Below are positions 1 through 20,800 of a stretch of DNA of 64,000 nucleotides, in pieces. The DNA comes from Phyllobates terribilis (lineage: Eukaryota), in assembly GCF_046119375.1 (NCBI RefSeq), contig NW_027362767.1:238452001-238516000 (forward strand). Reading direction: 5' to 3'. Each line of letters starts with the position of its first letter. Position 1 is the stretch's first letter. The notes under the pieces are model-generated. The model ran no database searches. It was not told where the DNA came from and saw only the letters and a program-made list of their open reading frames with translations. Position numbers and translations under genes: made by a program.

Positions 1-3000
1 AGGCAGATAACTGATCACTATGTGCCTCTAGTGCCCTCCATACCACCACCAGGCAGATCACTGATCACTATGTGCCTCAAGAGCCCCCCACACCACAACC
101 AGGCCGATCACTGATCACTATGTGCCTCCGGCGCCCTCCATACCACTACCAGGCAGATAACTGATCACTATGTGCCTCCGGAGCCCTCCACACCAATACC
201 AGGCAGATTGCTGATCACTATGTGCCTCCAGGGCCCTCCACACCACTACTAGGCCGATCACTGATCACTATGTGCCTCAAGTGCCCTTCATACTACCACC
301 AGGCAGATCACTGATGACTATGTGCCTCCGGCGCCCTCCATACCACTACCAGGCAGATCACTGATCACTATGTGCCTCCATTGCCCTCCACACCACTACC
401 AGGCAGATCACTGATCACTATGTGCCTCCAGGGCCCTCCACACCACTACCAGGCAGATCACTGATCACTATGTGCCTCCAGTGCCCCCCCACACCACTAC
501 CAGGCAGATCAGTGATCACTATGTGCCTCCAGGGCCTTCCACACCACTACCAGGCAGATCACTGAACATTATGTGCCTCTAGTTCCCTCCATACCACTAC
601 CAGACAGATCACTGATCACTATGTGCCTCCAGCGTCCTCCACACCACTAACAGGCAGATCACTGATCAGTATGTGCCTCCGGTGCCCTCCACACCACTAC
701 CAGACAAATCACTGATCACTATGTGCCTCCAGTGCCCTCCATACCACTACCAGGCAGATGACTGATCACTGTGTGCCTCCGGTGCCCTCCATACCACTAC
801 CAGGCAGATGACTGATCACTGTGTGCCTCCGGTGCCCTCCACACCACTATCAAGCAGATCACTGATCACTATGTTCCTCCAGTGCCCTCCATACTACCAC
901 CAGGCAGATCACTGATCACTATGTGCCTCCATTGCCCTCCACACCACTACAAGGCAGATCAGTGATCACTATGTGCCTCCAGGGCCCTCCACACCACTAC
1001 CAGGCAGATCACTGATCACTATGTGCCTCTAGAGCCCTCCACACAACTACCAGGCAGATCACTGATCACTATGTGCCTCCAGGGCCCTCTACACCACTAC
1101 CAGACAGATCTCTGATCAGTAAGTGCTTCCAGTGCTCTCCACATCACTACCAGGCAGATCAGTGATCACTATGTGCCTCCAGTGCCCACCCACACCACTA
1201 CCAGGCAGATCACTGATCACTATGTGCCTCCAGTGCCCCCAACACCACTACCTGGTAGATCAGTGATCACTATGTGCCTCCAGGGCCCTCCACACCACTA
1301 CCAGGCAGATCACTGATCACTATGTGCCTCTAGAGCCCTCCACACAACTACCAGGCAGATCACTGATCACTATGTGCCTCCAGGGCCCTCTACACCACTA
1401 CCAGGCAGATCACTGATCACTATGTGCCTCCGGAGCCCTCCAAACCACTACCAGGCAGATGACTGATCACTATGTGCCTCCGGAGCCCTCCAAACCACTA
1501 CCAGGCAGATGACTGATCACTATGTGCCTCCAGGGCCCTCCACACCACTACCTGGCAGATCAGTGATCACTATGTGCCTCCGGTGTCCTCCACACCACTA
1601 ACAGGCAGATCACTGATCACTATGTGCCTCTAGAGCCCTCCACACAACTACCAGGCAGATCGCTGATCACTATGTGCCTCCAGGGCCCTCCACACCACTA
1701 CTAGGCCGATCACTGATCACTATGTGCCTCAAGTGCCCTCCATACTACCACCAGGCAGATCACTGATCACTATGTGCCTCTAGTTCCCACCATACCACTA
1801 CCAGGCAGATCACTGATCACTATGTGCCTCCAGCGTCCTCCACACCACTAACAGGCAGATCACTGATCAGTATGTGCCTCTGGTGCCCTCCACACCACTA
1901 CCAGACAGATCACTGATCACTATGTGCCTCCAGGGCCCTCCACACCACTACCAGGCAGATCACTGATCACTATGTGCCTCCAACACCACTACCAGGCAGA
2001 TCACTGAACATTATGTGCCTCTAGTTCCCATCATACCACTACCAGACAGATCACTGATCACTATGTGCCTCAAGAGCCCCCCACACCACAACCAGGCCGA
2101 TCACTGATCACTATGTGCCTCCGGAACCCTCCACACCACTACCAGGCAGATCGCTGATCAGTATGTGCCTCCAGGGCCCTCCACACCACTACTAGGCGGA
2201 TCACTGATCACTATGTGCCTCAAGTGCCCTTCATACTACCACCAGGCAGATCAGTGATCACTATGTGCCTCCGGTGTCCTCCACACCACTAACAGGCAGA
2301 TCACTGATCACTATGTGCCTCCGGTGCCGTCCACACCACAACCAGACAGATCGCTGATCACTATGTGCCTCCAGTGCCCTCCATACTACCACCAGGCAGA
2401 TCACTGATCACTATGTGCCTCCATTGCCCTCCACACCACTACAAGGCAGATCAGTGATCACTATGTGCCTCCAGGGCCCTCCACTCCACTACCAGGCAGA
2501 TCACTGATCACTATGTGCCTCTAGAGCCCTCCACACAACTACCAGGCAGATCACTGATCACTATGTGCCTCCAGGGCCCTCTACACAACTACCAGGCAGA
2601 TCACTGATCAGTTAGTGCTTCCAGTGCTCTCCACATCACTACCAGGCAGATCAGTGATCACTATGTGCCTCCGGCGCCCTCCATACCACTACCAGGCAGA
2701 TCACTGATCACTATGTGCCTCCAGTGCCCCCAACACCACTACCTGGCAGATCAGTGATCACTATGTGCCTCCAGGGCCCTCCACACCACTACCAGGCAGA
2801 TCACTGATCACTATGTGCCTCCAGTGCCCCCAACACCACTACCTGGCAGATCAGTGATCACTATGTTCCTCCGGTGCCCTCCACACCACTAACAGGCAGA
2901 TCACTGATCACTGTGTGCCTCTAGAGCCCTCCACACAACTACCAGGCAGATCACTGATCACTATGTGCCTCCAGGGCCCTCTACACCACTAACAGGCAGA

Positions 3001-6000
3001 TCACTGATCACTATGTGCCTCCAGTGCGCCTCCCCCCACACCACTACCAGGCCGATCACTGATCACTATGTGTCACCGGTGTCCTCCACACCACTACCAG
3101 GCAGATCACTGATAACTATGTGCCTCCAGGGCCCTCCACACTACTACCAGGCCGATCACTGATCAGTATGTGCTTCCAGTGCTCTCCACATCACTACCAG
3201 GCAGATCACTGATCACTATGTGCCTCTAGTGCCCTCCATACCACCACCAGGCAGATCAGTGATTACTATGTGTCTCAAGAGCCCCCCACACCACAACCAG
3301 GCCGATCACTGATCACTATGTGCCTCCGGCGCCCTCCATACCACTACCAGGCAGATGACTGATCACTATGTGCCTCCGGAGCCCTCCACACCACTACCAG
3401 GCAGATTGCTGATCACTATGTGCCTCCAGGGCCCTCCACACCACTACTAGGCCGATCACTGATCACTATGTGCCTCAAGTGCCCTTCATACTACCACCAG
3501 GCAGATCACTGATCACTATGTGCCTTCCGGCGCCCTCCTTACCACTACCAGGCAGATCACTGATCACTATGTGCCTTCCGGCGCCCTCCTTACCACTACC
3601 AGGCAGATCACTGATCACTATGTGCCTCCGGAGCCCTCCAAACCACTACCAGGCAGATGACTGATCACTATGTGCCTCCGGAGCCCTCCAAACCACTACC
3701 AGGCAGATGACTGATCACTGTGTGCCTCCAGTGCCCTCCACACCACTACAGGCAGATCACTGATCACTATGTGCCTCCGGCGCCCTCCATACCACTACCA
3801 GGCAGATGACTGATCACTATGTGCCTCCGGCGCCCTCCACACCACTATCAGGCAGATCACTGATCACTATGTGCCTCCGGTTCCCTCCACACCACAACCA
3901 GACAGATCGCTGATCACTATGTGCCTCCAGTGCCCTCCATACTACCACCAGGCAGATCACTGATCACTATGTGCCTCCATTGCCCTCCACACCACTACAA
4001 GGCAGATCAGTAATCACTATGTGCCTCCAGGGCCCTCCACTCCACTACCAGGCAGATCACTGATCACTATGTGCCTCTAGAGCCCTCCACACAACTACCA
4101 GGCAGATCGCTGATCACTATGTGCCTCCAGGGCCCTCTACACCACTACCAGACAGATCACTGATCAGTAAGTGCTTCCAGTGCTCTCCACATCACTACCA
4201 GGCAGATCAGTGATCACTATGTGCCTCCGGCGCCCTCCATACCACTACCAGGCAGATCACTGATCATGATGTGCCTCCAGTGCCCCCAACACCACTACCT
4301 GGCAGATCAGTGATCACTATGTGCCTCCAGGGCCCTCCACACCACTACCAGGCAGATCACTGATCACTGTGTGCCTCTAGAGCCCTCCACTCAACTACCA
4401 GGCAGATCACTGATCACTATGTGCCTCCAGGGCCCTCTACACCACTACCAGACAGATCACTGATCAGTATGTGCTTCCAGGGCTCTCCACATCACTACCA
4501 GGCAGATCACTGATCACTATGTGCCTCCTGAGCCCTCCACACCACTACCAGGCAGATCACTGATCACTATGTGCCTCCAGTGCGCCTCCCCCCACACCAC
4601 TACCAGGCCGATCACTGATCACTATGTGTCACCGGTGTCCTCCACACCACTACCAGGCAGATCACTGATCACTATGTGCCTCCAGGGCCCTCCACACTAC
4701 TACCAGGCCGATCACTGATCAGTATGTGCTTCCAGTGCTCTCCACATCACTACCAGGCAGATCACTGATCACTATGTGCCTTTAGTGCCCTCCATACCAC
4801 CACCAGGCAGATCACTGATCACTATGTGCCTCAAGAGCCCCCCACACCACAACCAGGCCGATTACTGATCACTATGTGCCTCCGGCGCCCTCCATACCAC
4901 TACCAGGCAGATGACTGATCACTATGTGCCTCCGGAGCCCTCCACACCACTACCAGGCAGATTGCTGATCACTATGTGCCTCCAGGGCCCTCCACACCAC
5001 TACTAGGCCGATCACTGATCACTATGTGCCTCAAGTGCCCTTCATACTACCACCAGGCAGATCACTGATCACTATGTGCCTCCGGCGCCCTCCATACCAC
5101 TACCAGGCAGATCACTGATCACTATGTGCCTCCATTGCCCTCCACACCACTACCAGGCAGATCACTGATCACTATGTGCCTCCAGGGCCCTCCACACCAC
5201 TACCAGGCAGATCACTGATCACTATGTGCCTCCAGTGCCCCCCCACACCACTACCAGGCAGATCAGTGATCACTATGTGCCTCCAGGGCCTTCCACACCA
5301 CTACCAGGCAGATCACTGAACATTATGTGCCTCTAGTTCCCTCCATACCACTACCAGACAGATCACTGATCACTATGTGCCTCCAGCGTCCTCCACACCA
5401 CTAACAGGCAGATCACTGATCACTATGTGCCTCCAGTTCCCTCCATACCACTACCAGTCAGATGACTGATCACTGTGTGCCTCCGGTGCCCTCCATACCA
5501 CTACCAGGCAGATGACTGATCACTATGTGCCTCCGGTGCCCTCCACACCACTATCAGGCAGATCACTGATCACTATGTTCCTCCAGTGCCCTCCATACTA
5601 CCACCAGGCAGATCACTGATCACTATGTGCCTCCATTGCCCTCCACACCACTACAAGGCAGATCAGTGATCACTATGTGCCTCCAGGGCCCTCCACACCA
5701 CTACCAGGCAGATCACTGATCACTATGTGCCTCTAGAGCCCTCCACACAACTACCAGGCAGATCACTGATCACTATGTGCCTCCAGGGCCCTCTACACCA
5801 TTACCAGACAGATCACTGATCAGTAAGTGCTTCCAGTGCTCTCCACATCACTACCAGGCAGATCAGTGATCACTATGTGCCTCCAGTGCCCACCCACACC
5901 ACTACCAGGCAGATCACTGATCACTATGTGCCTCCAGCGCCCCCAACACCACTACTTGGCAGATCAGTGATCACTATGTGCCTCCAGGGCCCTCCACACC

Positions 6001-8403
6001 ACTACCAGGCAGATCACTGATCACTATGTGCCTCCAGTGCCCCCAACACCACTACCTGGCAGATCAGTGATCACTATGTGCCTCCGGTGCCCTCCACACC
6101 ACTAACAGGCAGATCACTGATCACTATGTGCCTCTAGAGCCCTCCACACAACTACCAGGCAGATCACTGATCACTATGTGCCTCCAGGGCCCTCTACACC
6201 ACTACCAGGCAGATCACTGATCACTAAGTGCCTCCGGAGCCCTCCAAACCACTACCAGGCAGATGACTGATCACTATGTGCCTCCGGAGCCCTCCAAACC
6301 ACTACCAGGCCGATGACTGATCACTATGTGCCTCCAGGGCCCTCCACACCACTACCAGGCAGATCACTGATCACTATGTGCCTCCAGGGCCCTCCACACC
6401 ACTACTAGGCCGATAACTGATCACTATGTGCCTCAAGTGCCCTCCATACTACCACCAGGCAGATCACTGATCACTATGTGCCTCTAGTTCCCACCATACC
6501 ACTACCAGGCAGATCACTGATCACTATGTGCCTCCAGCGTACTCCACACCACTAACAGGCAGATCACTGATCAGTATGTGCCTCCGTTGCCCTCCACACC
6601 ACTACCAGACAGATCACTGATCACTATGTGCCTCCAGGGCCCTCCACACCACTACCAGGCAGATCACTGATCACTATGTGCCTCCAACACCACTACCAGG
6701 CAGATCACTGAACATTATGTGCCTCTAGTTCCCATCATACCACTACCAGACAGATCACTGATCACTATGTGCCTCCAGCGTCCTCCACACCACTAACAGG
6801 CAGATCACTGATCAGTATGTGCCTCCGGTGCCCTCCACACCACTACCAGACAGATCACTGATCACTATGTGCCTCCAGTGCCCTCCATACCACCACCAGG
6901 CAGATCACTGATCATTATGTGCCTCAAGAGCCCCCCACACCACAACCAGGCCTATCACTGATCACTATGTGCCTCCAGCGCCCCCTCACACCACTACTAG
7001 GCAGATCACTGATCACTATGTGCTTACGGTGCCCTACACACCATAACCAGGCAGATCACTGATCACTATGTGCCTCCTTTCCCTCCATACCACTACCAGG
7101 CAGATCACTGATCACTATGTGCCTCCAGGGCTCTCCACACCACTATCAGGCAGATCACTGATCACTATGTGCCTCCAGGGCCCTCCACACCACTACCAGG
7201 CAGATCACTGATCACTATGTGCCTCTGGAGCCCTCCACACCACTACCAGACAGATCACTGATCACTATGTGCCTCCAGTGCCCTCCATACCACCACCAGG
7301 CAGATCACTGATCATTATGTGCCTCAAGAGCCCCCCACACCACAACCAGGCCTATCACTGTTCATTATGTGCCTCCAGCGCCCCCCACACCACTACTAGG
7401 CAGATCACTGATCACCATGTGCTTACGGTGCCCTACACACTATAACCAGGCAGATCACTGATCACTATGTGCCTCCTTTCCCTCCATACCACTACCAGGC
7501 AGATCACTGATCACTATGTGCCTCCAGGGCCCTCCACACCACTACCAGGCAGATCACTGATCACTATGTGCCTCCAGGGCCCTCCACACCACTACCAGGC
7601 AGATCACTGATCACTATGTGCCTCTGGAGCCCTCCACACCACTACCAGACAGATCACTGATCACTATGTGCCTCCAGCGTCCTCCACACCACTACCAGGC
7701 AGATCACTGATCACTATGTGCCTACAGCGTCCTCCACACCACTACCAGGCAGATGACTGAACACTATGTGCCTCCAGTTCCCTTCACACCACTACCAGGC
7801 AGACCACTGATCACTATGTGCCTCCAGTTCCCTCCATACCACCAGGCAGATCACTGATCACTATGTGCCTCCGGTGCCCTCCACACCACAACCAGACAGA
7901 TCACTGATCAGTATGTGCTTCCAGCGCCTTCCACACCACTACCAGGCAGATCATTGATCACTATGTGCCTCCGGAGCCCTCCACACCACTAACAGGCAGA
8001 TCACTGATCACTATGTGCCTCTGGGGCCCACCACACCACTACCAGGCAGATCACTGATCACTATGTGCCTCCAGGGTCCTGCACACCACTACCAGGCCAA
8101 TCACTGATGACTGTGTGCCACCGGTGTCCTCCACACCACTACCAGGCAGATCACTGATCGCTATGTGCCTCCAGGGCCCTCCACACTACTACCAGGCAGA
8201 TCAGTGATCACTATGTGCCTCCAGGCCCCCAACACCACTACCAGGCAGATGACTGAACACTACGTGCCTCTGCTGCCCTCCACATCACTACAAGGCAGAT
8301 CAATGATCACTATGTGCCTCCTGAGCCCTCCACACCACTACCAGGCAGATCAGTGATCACTATGTGCCTCCAGGACCCTCCACACCACTACCAAGCAGAC
8401 CAC
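1..8403. repeat. 50-bp satellite array (~168 units, truncated at window start), consensus AGGCAGATCACTGATCACTATGTGCCTCCAGGGCCCTCCACACCACTACC
   Basis: Unit recurs every 50 nt (AGGCAGAT at 1, 51, ...), with occasional 49/51-nt and deleted units. The first ~28 nt are conserved and the GGGCCCTCCAC segment is variable. Confidence 0.97.
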
Positions 8404-8553
8404 CATTCCCTAAGTTTTTTCCCCTTTTCCCTAGTCCTCCTGGGCTCCTTTCCTGATATTGGGGGTTATAATCTACCCTCTTTAGCCATGACGTATAATC
8501 TTCCCTGTGATTATTTGCCCTCACTAATGATGGCGCTAACCCGTTGAGCTTCA

Positions 8554-8568
8554 TGACGTCACTTCCGC
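8554..8568 (-). promoter_or_regulatory. Overlapping ETS-CRE composite motif (GCGGAAGTGACGTCA on - strand) in the WDR45 core promoter; second CRE at 8823-8830, GC box ~8855-8865, YY1-like AAGATGGCG 8877-8885
   Basis: TGACGTCACTTCCGC read directly at 8554-8568, ~190 nt upstream of the WDR45 ATG in a CpG-rich stretch. Confidence 0.7.
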
Positions 8569-8748
8569 CCTGCGGCGAGGTTCTAACATGTAAACACGGA
8601 AGCTTCGCGTCCATAACACACAGCGGTTCAGTGTCCGCAGACACAGGCAGGAGGTAGCCGGGCTCTGCAGTGTGGGGCACAGCTCTGTGGGGGGCGCTGT
8701 CGCCGTGTAACCTCTTTGTCTCCTTATAGCGGCTGTTCCGGGTCGGCC

Positions 8749-15409
<6,661 letters not shown>

Positions 15410-15656
15410 GCTGCTCATTAAGTGAGCTGAAGAAGAAGGGGTCAGCACGGATACCCGGAGGGGCCGCCCCAGTGTATAGGCTCTATGGGAGGCGAATGCT
15501 GCGCTTATACAGTATTATTGTACATAGGTTGTAAGTTATTGTATGTAACCTCAGTGATTCAGATAAAATTATTGTAATAAATATACGTAGCACTAAGGAT
15601 AGAGGAGTCTTATCTGCCTCTAACATTACACTATCACCAGTAATCACAGCTCTTAA

Positions 15657-16105
15657 AGAGGTATTCTATTTATTACATAGTCATTCCCATATTCATAAAG
15701 GGACAGTTCTTGTAAATGCAAGCAATCTACTGCTTATTAAAATGTTCATCTGTCCTTGAAATATTATCTCCTTTTGTACACAGTTCATTGCCTTGGAGAC
15801 CGACCACCGCTGTTAGAAAGCAAAACGTGAGAAGTGCTTACAAGCTTTTTTTCTATTGAGCTTGGAAGCGCTGTTTAAGCTGCCCAGGATCACTGGAGCG
15901 CGCTTTTACCTCCTAATCCCGGCCATCGTCAGCACAGTACTTACAAGCTAGACAGCAGTGTTGGTCGATCTCCTAGGTATCAGTGGTGGTCGGTCTTCTA
16001 GGCAAACAAAAGAAAAGTTTTAATATCTCAAAAACGGCTGCAAATTTTAACCAGCGGTAAACGGTTTTCTATTTTCAATATCTGCATAAAGATTTGAATA
16101 TCCCT
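15657..16105. mobile_element. T2/Kolobok-type MITE 3' of WDR45
   Basis: Flanked by TTAA (15653-15656, 16106-16109) with AGAGG...CCCT termini and internal inverted repeats (TTGCCTTGGAGACCGACCACC / GGTGGTCGGTCTTCTAGGCAA). Confidence 0.65.
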
Positions 16106-17825
16106 TTAAGTTTGTTTCTTCTGTAGGCTTTGGGAGGGTAAATATAACAGCTATACTCGTCCACTGCTGTTGGTCTTTTTTGATGTCATGACTACACCGC
16201 ACGTGACCGCTGCAGCCAATAGCTAATTTTCTTGTTTTTTTTTTTTTTTACAAGCTAAACCTATAAATGCCCTTTACTGCTTGAAGCCTTGGTACAAATG
16301 GTCAGAGGTCGGACGCCAATGTCCTAGTTCAGTTTGCCCCAGATAATTATCTACCCTTCCTCCATGTAACAGCATGTACCCTTCTTTGCAGTGTTGATCT
16401 CCATCCATTGTTCATGTTCTTATCACTAATCGCATAGCACCAGGGCTAGTGACAGGAGGGAGGCCACCGTCTTGCTGCTTAGATTTAGGGGTGTCACTGC
16501 TGTTCTGAGAGTCCCATAGACTTTAAACTGGGCAGCAGCACATGTGCTCGTCCACTGCTGCCTGCATAATTTGGCTCATTGCTCCCCTGTAGTGTCAGCA
16601 CCTGTAATATTACTGACTGCAAAAGAGTCTCAGGCCAGCACATACTAGAGAAAGTGCAAACAGAGACATGTCCATCTTGAGACTGTAGAGGAGTCTCAGG
16701 ATGGTGCTCACTGACGGTGGGAATATGTGAGCTGTCGGAACAGATACGGCTCTGACTCTTGAGAAATGTAGTCTAGAGGCACAGAGGGAGAGCTGGCAGG
16801 AAGCTCAGGATGTAAACAATAGACCACTGAGAGGGTTGCAGGGGGATAAATGGAGGATAAAAAAGGAAAATAAAAGGTAGCGGGAGTTTGGAACTCATTA
16901 CAGTGACAGTCTTTTTCTTTGTGCCTAGAAAACTCATTTAATTCATTTTTAGAACCAGACTTAAAATCATAGGTTTGTCATGAGGATGCAGGTTTAGTAC
17001 CTGTAACTTTTATCACTGATAACTCAAGACTATAGCAAGTGAGCAAAATGATTCGCAAGACCCTGGTCCAGCGGCCATGGCAGTACTGTATGGCAACTAT
17101 AGTAGGGAACTGAGAAATTGCTGACATTCTCAGCCCTTCTTCTGATCAGTAGGCCCTTACCTATTATGATGTGCGCCATGACATAGAGAGGCCTGCTAAT
17201 CAGAAGAACTGGTGAGGATGTCGGCAGGTAGTAGGAAGTTTACTGTGCTCGGGACCCTGCTTCAGAGATCCATAGGAGACTACTCCCATCTTTCCAAACT
17301 ACACAGCTGTTCCCTGTCACTTGCTACTGTAGGCCAAATCTCTGGAAACTTCCATGGACCGCTAATGCAGGGATTGGCCGCAGGTCTCCTAACCGGAGCA
17401 TGACCGCTTCATGTGTTTCTATGAGGTAGTCACGCACGGGTCAGTCTGTGCATTGCGGATTCGAGTTTTGCATGAACGTCTGCATGAGCCCTTAGGGTTT
17501 TCCATTACGATGTGGAGCAAACCTACTAGAAAAGGGAAAAAAAAACACTACAGGCAAAGGGAGGAGCACGAGAAAGGAACTCTTTTTGAATCCCAGTGTA
17601 ATGCTCCGACCCCTTACTTTAGACCCAGCCTCATATCGTGCATCACTTTCCTCCGGAGCGCCCCTTTCAGGTCTAATTACAGTAAGCCGGGTGTTATCTA
17701 GTGTCTGTAAGACATTTATTTTGTATAAAATCATTGCTCAGGCATATAAAGCATTATGGTCCCAGTCCAGTGTGCAGGAGTTACCTATCTAGCAGCAGAA
17801 TGGAAAGTCTTTTCTCTACAGCGGA

Positions 17826-20800
17826 TTAGGAGGAGTCGGGCTGCGCAGGTCCGAATCTGTCCATCGTCTGCACCACAAGGGAGAGATGCTCCAGAAAAGA
17901 GCTGACGGACACTCGGAGGATACGGGCCTCATCTGCTGTCCAATGTCTGCAGGAATAAAACAGGAGGGGTCAGTCTGTAATAGACAAATATGTGTATATA
18001 TATATATATATATATAATATATATGTCAGAACGTGAGACAGAATGGCATCCCCTCTGGTGCCCACCATAGCTGGATTCTTCGGTTAAAAAAAAATAAAGA
18101 ATTTAATAAAAATAGCTAATAAGCATATTCAGTACTGCCTTGTCCGAAAAAGTCCAATCTATGGTCATATAAAATTATTTAACCCATTAAACATAAGAAA
18201 AAAAATGAATGGAATATCAGAATATTCATCTCATACAGTAGATGCTAAAAAAAATTTTTTTGAAATGGTAGAATCTTTTTTTTTTCTTCATTTTTAGTCT
18301 ATGTGCCACCCAATAAATGGGAACCCAAATCGGCACAGATAAAAACTACAACTTGCACCACCCAATAAAAAAACAACAACAACGAGCCTTCATACAACCC
18401 CATCTACACAAAAAGAAAAATTAATTGGTCTCGGAAAATGGCGACACGAAAGAATCAAGCCACTGATTTAATAGAAAATAAAAAAGCCTATACCAATTTG
18501 GTACGGCCGTAACCTATCGTGGAAGAGTCTCCTATAGAAATAGTTATGGCTTTTGAAAGAAACAAGAAAAAAAGTTATGAAAATTGGCTGCGGTTGGAAG
18601 AAATGGGTTAGGGTGACACTTATGTTGCTGATGGCCGCAGGACGACGTCCGGGTTACCACTTACACATGGAGGACGTTGTCTGCGACGCTCAGGGTCTTG
18701 CTCACACCTCCCTTTCTTGGTTCTGCATCTGGGCTCAATGAGTTGTGGGCGATTTGGGCCTCTTTGGAGCACGGGAAGGGCACATGAAGCCGGCTGTACT
18801 GTGGTTATGGAAGAAACGAGTAATTCTGTATTTCACCAACACTGCCCCTGACCTAAACCAGATCACATCATGAACTGCAGTGTTAGGTGATAATAACGCA
18901 TGTAAAAAAAACCGCAAGTAACCTAATTTACATGATAAGTGCCGAAATGGTGCAGAAATTCTGCAACATCAGAAAACACACCAAAAGCTCACTGTGGGAA
19001 CCAGGGCTGTGGAGTCTGTATAAAAAGGACCGACTCCTAAAATATATAATACATTGGGTACAGTAGTTCAATGCAGTTCGTGGGGAATATTTTTTCATAA
19101 GAATTTGGGAAAGTTATGAAATGTCCTATAAATGTCTGTCCTATTCCTGATCTAAGGGTCTAGACTTTTAGCTGAGATGAATCTGTGCTACAGTAAATTT
19201 ATCACTTAACCACTTCGCACCAGAGCCTGTTTTTGCCTTCGTGACCAGGCCAATTTTTTCAATTCTGACCACTGTCACTTTATGAGGTAATTACTCTGGA
19301 ACGCTTCAACAGATCCCCCTGATTCTGAGACTGTTTTTTCGTGACATATTGTACTTCATGATAGTGGTAAAATTGCTTCGATATCACTTGCATTTATTTG
19401 AGAAAAAATCAGAAATTTGGCGAAAATTTTGAAAATTTTGCAATTTTCAAACTTTGAATTTTCATGCCCTTAAATCAGAGAGATATGTCACACTAAATAG
19501 TTAATAAATAACATTTCCCACATGTCTACTTTACATCAGCACAATTTTGGAACCAACGTTTTTTTTTTTTGTTAGGAAGTTCTAAGGGTTAAAAGTTGAC
19601 CAGCGATTTCTCATTTTTCCAACAAAATTTGCAAAAACATTTTTTTAGGGACCACATCACATTTGAAGTGACTTTGAGGGGCCTTTATGACAGAAAATAA
19701 GCAAAAGTGACACCATTCTAAAAACTGCACCCCTCAAGGTGCTCAAAACCACATTCAAGAAGTTTATTAACCCTTCAGGTGCTTCACAGGAATTTTTGGA
19801 ATGTGGAAGAAAACAATGAACATTTAACCTTTTTTCACAAAAATGTTACTTTAGACCCAATTTTTTTATTTTCACAAGGGTAACAGGAAAAAATGGACTA
19901 CACAATTTGTAGTGCAATTTCTCCTGAGCACGCTGATACCCCATATGTGAGGGAAAACCACTGTTTGGGTACATGGCAGGGTTCGGAAGGGAAGGAGCGC
20001 CATTTGACTTTTTGAATGTAAACTTTGCTTGAATAATTAGCGGACGCCATGTTGCGTTTGGAGAGCTCCTGATGTGCCTAAACAGTGGAAACCCCCCCCA
20101 CAAGTGACACCATTTTGGAAACTAGACCCCTCAGGGAACTTATCTAGATGTGTGGTGAGCACCCTGAACCCCGAGGTGCTTCACAGAAGTTTATAATATT
20201 GAGCTGTAAAAATAAAATTTTCACATTTTTCCCACAAAAACGTTTCTCATCCCTTAATTTTGCAATTTCATAAGGGTAACAGGAGAAATTGCACCATGCA
20301 GTTTGTTGTGCAATTTCCCCTGAGCGCGCTGATACCCCATATGTGGAGGAAAACCACTGTTTGGGCACACGGCAGGGTTCGGAAGGGAAGGAGCGCCATT
20401 TGACTTTTTGAATGTAAAATTTGCTTGAATAATTAGTGGACGCCATGTTGCATTTGGGGGGGCCTGATGTGCCTAAACAGTGGAAACCCCCCACAAGTGA
20501 CACCATTTTGGAAACTAGACCCTTTAGGGAACTTATCTAGATGTGTGGTGAGCACCTTGCACCCTCAGGTGCTTCACAAAAGTTTGTAATATTGAGGCGT
20601 AAAAATAAAATTTTCACATTTTTCCCACAAAAACGTTTTTCATCCCCTAATTTTGCATTATCATAAGGATAACAGGAGAAATTGCACCATGAAATTTGTT
20701 GTGCAATTTCTCATTACAGGGAATCTTCCGTCATGGGTTCCGTCTGAATCACGTATTTCAGAGATTTACACGGAAACTCTGGTGTAAGTGATCAGCGCAG

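Noticed and set aside
1-8403. CRISPR-like array (conserved ~28-nt part with a palindrome plus a variable part)
   Set aside because: The variable segments are point variants of one sequence, not unique spacers. There are no cas genes and the context is a vertebrate genome.
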